A DNA stretch of 64,000 nt, taken from positions 23,399-87,398 of the forward strand of contig DASZUD010000022.1 in the NCBI GenBank assembly GCA_035548155.1. Direction: 5' to 3'. Below the pieces are notes generated by a model. The model searched no databases. It worked only from the letters and a program-made list of their open reading frames with translations, and had not been told where the DNA came from. This DNA comes from Polyangia bacterium (GTDB lineage: Bacteria; Myxococcota_A; Polyangia; Fen-1088). Every line of letters starts with the position of its first letter. Positions within the stretch are counted from its first letter, which is position 1. Positions 61,634 to 64,000 of this stretch are shown here, in pieces. Position numbers and translations under genes: made by a program.

Positions 61634-62299
61634 ATGCGCGTCGATCGTTCGAAAGATGCGTTGCTGATCGTCGACGTCCAGCGTGATTTCTTGCCGGGCG
61701 GCGCGCTGGCCGTCGCCGAGGGCGATCAGATCCTGCGCGGGCTCGCGAAGGTCACGGGGCTCTTCGAGACGGTGGTGGCCACGCAAGACTTTCACCCGCG
61801 CGGGCACGTGTCGTTCGCGTCGTCGCACCCCGGGCGCGGCCCGCTCGAGACCGTCCCCGTCCATGGCGTCCCGCAGGAGCTCTGGCCCGACCACTGCGTC
61901 GCGGGGACGCCGGGCGCCGCGCTGGCGCCCGAGGTGCCCGAAGACGCGCTGACGCTGATCCTGCGCAAGGGGACGCGCCGGCACATCGATTCGTACAGCG
62001 CCTTCCGCGAACAGGTGGGCCCCGACGGCCGGCGAACACCCACGGGCCTCGCGGCTTGGCTGCGCGCGCGCGGCGTCTCGCGCGTCTTCGTCGTCGGCCT
62101 GGCCCGCAACTACTGCGTGCGCGCGACGGCCGTCGATGCCGTCAACGAGGGCTTCGAGACCGTCGTCGTCGAGGACCTGACCAAACCCGTGGAGCCCCGG
62201 CGGCGCGCCGAGACCGACGAGGCCTGGCGCGAGGCGGGCGTGCGCGTCGTCTGCGCCCGCGACCTGTCCGGCGACGCCCGAGCGAAGAGCGCACGCTGA
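61634..62299 (+). CDS. pncA: Nicotinamidase/pyrazinamidase
   Basis: LLIVDVQRDF, QDFHP, DSYSAF and the NYCV Cys motif. An isochorismatase-fold enzyme. Confidence 0.8.
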   Translation: MRVDRSKDALLIVDVQRDFLPGGALAVAEGDQILRGLAKVTGLFETVVATQDFHPRGHVSFASSHPGRGPLETVPVHGVPQELWPDHCVAGTPGAALAPEVPEDALTLILRKGTRRHIDSYSAFREQVGPDGRRTPTGLAAWLRARGVSRVFVVGLARNYCVRATAVDAVNEGFETVVVEDLTKPVEPRRRAETDEAWREAGVRVVCARDLSGDARAKSAR

Positions 62300-62334
62300 C
62301 GCGGGGCGGGGTAAGATGTCCGCGAGCGCCCGCC

Positions 62335-62544
62335 ATGAACGACGACCCGCTGGACACGACCCCGATGGACCGCCGGCCCTTCCCGGAGAGCCTGTGTCAC
62401 CGCTGCGGGGCGAGCCGAGCGGTGATCGCGGCGCGCTCCGTGTTCATCCGCTGCACGGCGCTGCCGCAGAAGTACCCGCGCCAGCCTGTGACGGATTGCG
62501 CGGCCTTCCGGCCGATCGCGACCTCGCCGCCCCGCGCGCAGTGA
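62335..62544 (+). CDS. Small zinc-ribbon-like hypothetical protein
   Basis: 69 aa with CHRC...C...C. Its support is weak. Confidence 0.25.
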   Translation: MNDDPLDTTPMDRRPFPESLCHRCGASRAVIAARSVFIRCTALPQKYPRQPVTDCAAFRPIATSPPRAQ

Positions 62545-62569
62545 CGCTCAGCGCGCAGTGACGCTCAGC
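62536..62569. repeat. Tandem direct repeat, two copies of the 17-bp unit GCGCAGTGACGCTCAGC
   Basis: Seen directly. Each copy supplies a TGA stop codon for one of the two convergent flanking ORFs. Confidence 0.6.
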
Positions 62570-64000
62570 GCGAGCGCGTCAGCGCCGCGAGGGCGAAGAC
62601 GATCGCGCAGCCGATCACGTTGAACCACAGGAAGCCCACGTCGGACCCCAACCACAGGGCGAACACGACGGCCTCGGCGAGGATCGCAGCGCCGAACACG
62701 GGCGTGGCGCGCGCCTTCGGCAGGAAGAACGCCGCCAGGAAGATGCCCAGGATCGGCCCGTAGAACAGCGACCCGAGGATGTTCACGGCCTGGATGAGGT
62801 TGTCGACCATCGACGCGCCCAGCGCGAAGACGATCGAGAGCACGCCCCACGCCGCCGTGAACAGCTTCGCCGCGCGCAGGTAATGGGCGTCGGTGGCCTC
62901 GGGCCGGAAGGTCGGCCGATAGAAGTCGACCAGCGTGCACTGGGCCAGCGCCGTGAGCTCGCTGGCCGTCGACGACATCGCCGCGCAGAAGATCACGGCA
63001 AGCAAGAGGCCGACCAGGCCGCGCGGCAGGTTCGCCATCACGAAGGACAGGAAGACGTAATCGCCGTCCTGCGGCTCGCCGCGCGGAACGGCCCCGGCGA
63101 TGAGGCGCTTGGCGCGCGCCCGGACGTCGTCGGCCCGCGCCGCCGAGGTCCGCACGCCGCGCTCGGCGGCGTCCACGGCCGCCGTGTCGCCGCGATCGAG
63201 CGCGGCCTCGTAGCGCGCGATCTCGGCGCGCTTGCGCTCGAACGCCGCCGCGTGCTCGGCCTCGAGCGCGTGGAGCTCGGTCGCGCGCGGCGTCTTCGCG
63301 ACGCGCGCGAGCTCCGACTCGTTGAAGAAGAGCGGCGGCGCGTTGAACTGATAGAAGACGAAGACCAGCACGCCCACGAACAGGATGAGCGCCTGCATGG
63401 GCACCTTGAGGAGCCCGTTGAACAGCAGCCCCAGCCGGCTTTCTGCGACCGACCGCCCCGACAGATAGCGCTGCACCTGCGACTGGTCGGTGCCGAAGTA
63501 GGACATCGCCAGGAAGAAGCCGCCCGTGATCCCCGACCAGAACGTGTAGCGGCTCTTCGGGTCGAACGCGAAGTCGACGATGTTCATGCGGCCGAGCACG
63601 CCGGCGAGGCGGACGGCGCGCCCGAACGAAAGGTCCGGCGGCAGCCGCCACACGATGACGACGGCCGCCACCGCCATGCCGCCCAGCATGACGACCATCT
63701 GCTGCTTCTGCGTCTGGCTGACGGCGCGCGTGCCGCCGGAGACCGTGTACAGCGTCACCAGGCCGCCGATCGCCAGGCACGTCCACGTGAGCGACCAGCC
63801 CAGCACCTTCGAGAGGATGATCGCCGGTGCGTAGATCGTGACGCCCGCAGACAGCCCCCGCTGCAGCAGGAACAGGAACGCCGTCAGCTGGCGCGTCTTC
63901 CGATCGAAGCGGCCCTCGAGGTACTCGTACGCCGTGAAGACGCGCATGCGGTAGTAGCGCGGCACGAAGGCGATCGAGAGCGCGATCATCGCCAGCGGCA
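62565..64000 (-). CDS. Sodium:solute symporter family transporter, C-terminal part only (the 5' end lies beyond the window)
   Basis: Polytopic SSS-family sequence (YFGTDQSQVQRYLS). The ORF is still open at the window edge. Confidence 0.8.
   Translation of the reverse strand, partial: PLAMIALSIAFVPRYYRMRVFTAYEYLEGRFDRKTRQLTAFLFLLQRGLSAGVTIYAPAIILSKVLGWSLTWTCLAIGGLVTLYTVSGGTRAVSQTQKQQMVVMLGGMAVAAVVIVWRLPPDLSFGRAVRLAGVLGRMNIVDFAFDPKSRYTFWSGITGGFFLAMSYFGTDQSQVQRYLSGRSVAESRLGLLFNGLLKVPMQALILFVGVLVFVFYQFNAPPLFFNESELARVAKTPRATELHALEAEHAAAFERKRAEIARYEAALDRGDTAAVDAAERGVRTSAARADDVRARAKRLIAGAVPRGEPQDGDYVFLSFVMANLPRGLVGLLLAVIFCAAMSSTASELTALAQCTLVDFYRPTFRPEATDAHYLRAAKLFTAAWGVLSIVFALGASMVDNLIQAVNILGSLFYGPILGIFLAAFFLPKARATPVFGAAILAEAVVFALWLGSDVGFLWFNVIGCAIVFALAALTRSR

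Noticed and set aside
62316-62561. 81-aa Pro/Arg-rich ORF overlapping the small zinc-ribbon ORF.
   Set aside because: Low-complexity composition. The other frame (62335-62544) is marginally more gene-like, though itself weak.

Overview
This 64-kb window is about 70% GC, densely packed with genes, and looks like a chromosomal segment from a myxobacterium or similar deltaproteobacterium. I found no rRNA, tRNA, CRISPR arrays, transposases or integrases, so there is nothing that looks like a mobile element. Many long arginine-rich ORFs run antisense to the real genes; these are the usual frame artefacts of high-GC DNA.

The first 19.7 kb (1-19702) is a continuous nitrogen-scavenging region with three parts:
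- Minus strand, 1-8544: an allophanate hydrolase, a porin-like outer-membrane barrel, then urtA-urtB-urtC-urtD-urtE (urea ABC transporter).
- Plus strand, 8653-14158, transcribed divergently from the allophanate hydrolase: an operon of BMP-family binding protein, two permeases, an isochorismatase-like cysteine hydrolase, and a two-NBD ATPase. The hydrolase sits inside the transporter operon with 4-bp start/stop overlaps on both sides. Its predicted Asp35/Lys145/Cys178 triad resembles biuret, triuret and guanylurea hydrolases.
- Plus strand, 14236-19702: a cupin followed by a complete urease cluster ureD-ureAB(fused)-ureC-ureE-ureF-ureG.

I think this is the most interesting system in the window: an apparently undescribed uptake-plus-hydrolysis module for a ureide such as biuret, feeding allophanate hydrolase, placed next to the urea and urease machinery.

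Other content:
- An Mla-like lipid-transport cluster with no ATPase and a TolC-family gene inserted (mlaE-mlaD-tolC-mlaC), followed by a secreted protein with weak kinase-like motifs and an outer-membrane barrel.
- A pepsin-like aspartic protease lipoprotein carrying two DTGS motifs.
- An orphan MinC C-terminal-domain protein.
- A glycoside hydrolase family 15 enzyme.
- A DUF3618 / holin-family pair and an HtrA protease.
- A LuxR-type regulator with a histidine kinase.
- A PsiE-like protein coupled to a P-type cation ATPase.
- An assimilatory nitrate/nitrite reductase operon (nirB-nirD-nasA-nasB plus a hemerythrin-like gene). It has no transporter in view and faces a NIT-domain protein that lacks any output domain.
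- Divergent pncB/pncA and the 3' end of a sodium:solute symporter.

Coordinates of start codons are approximate where several in-frame starts exist.
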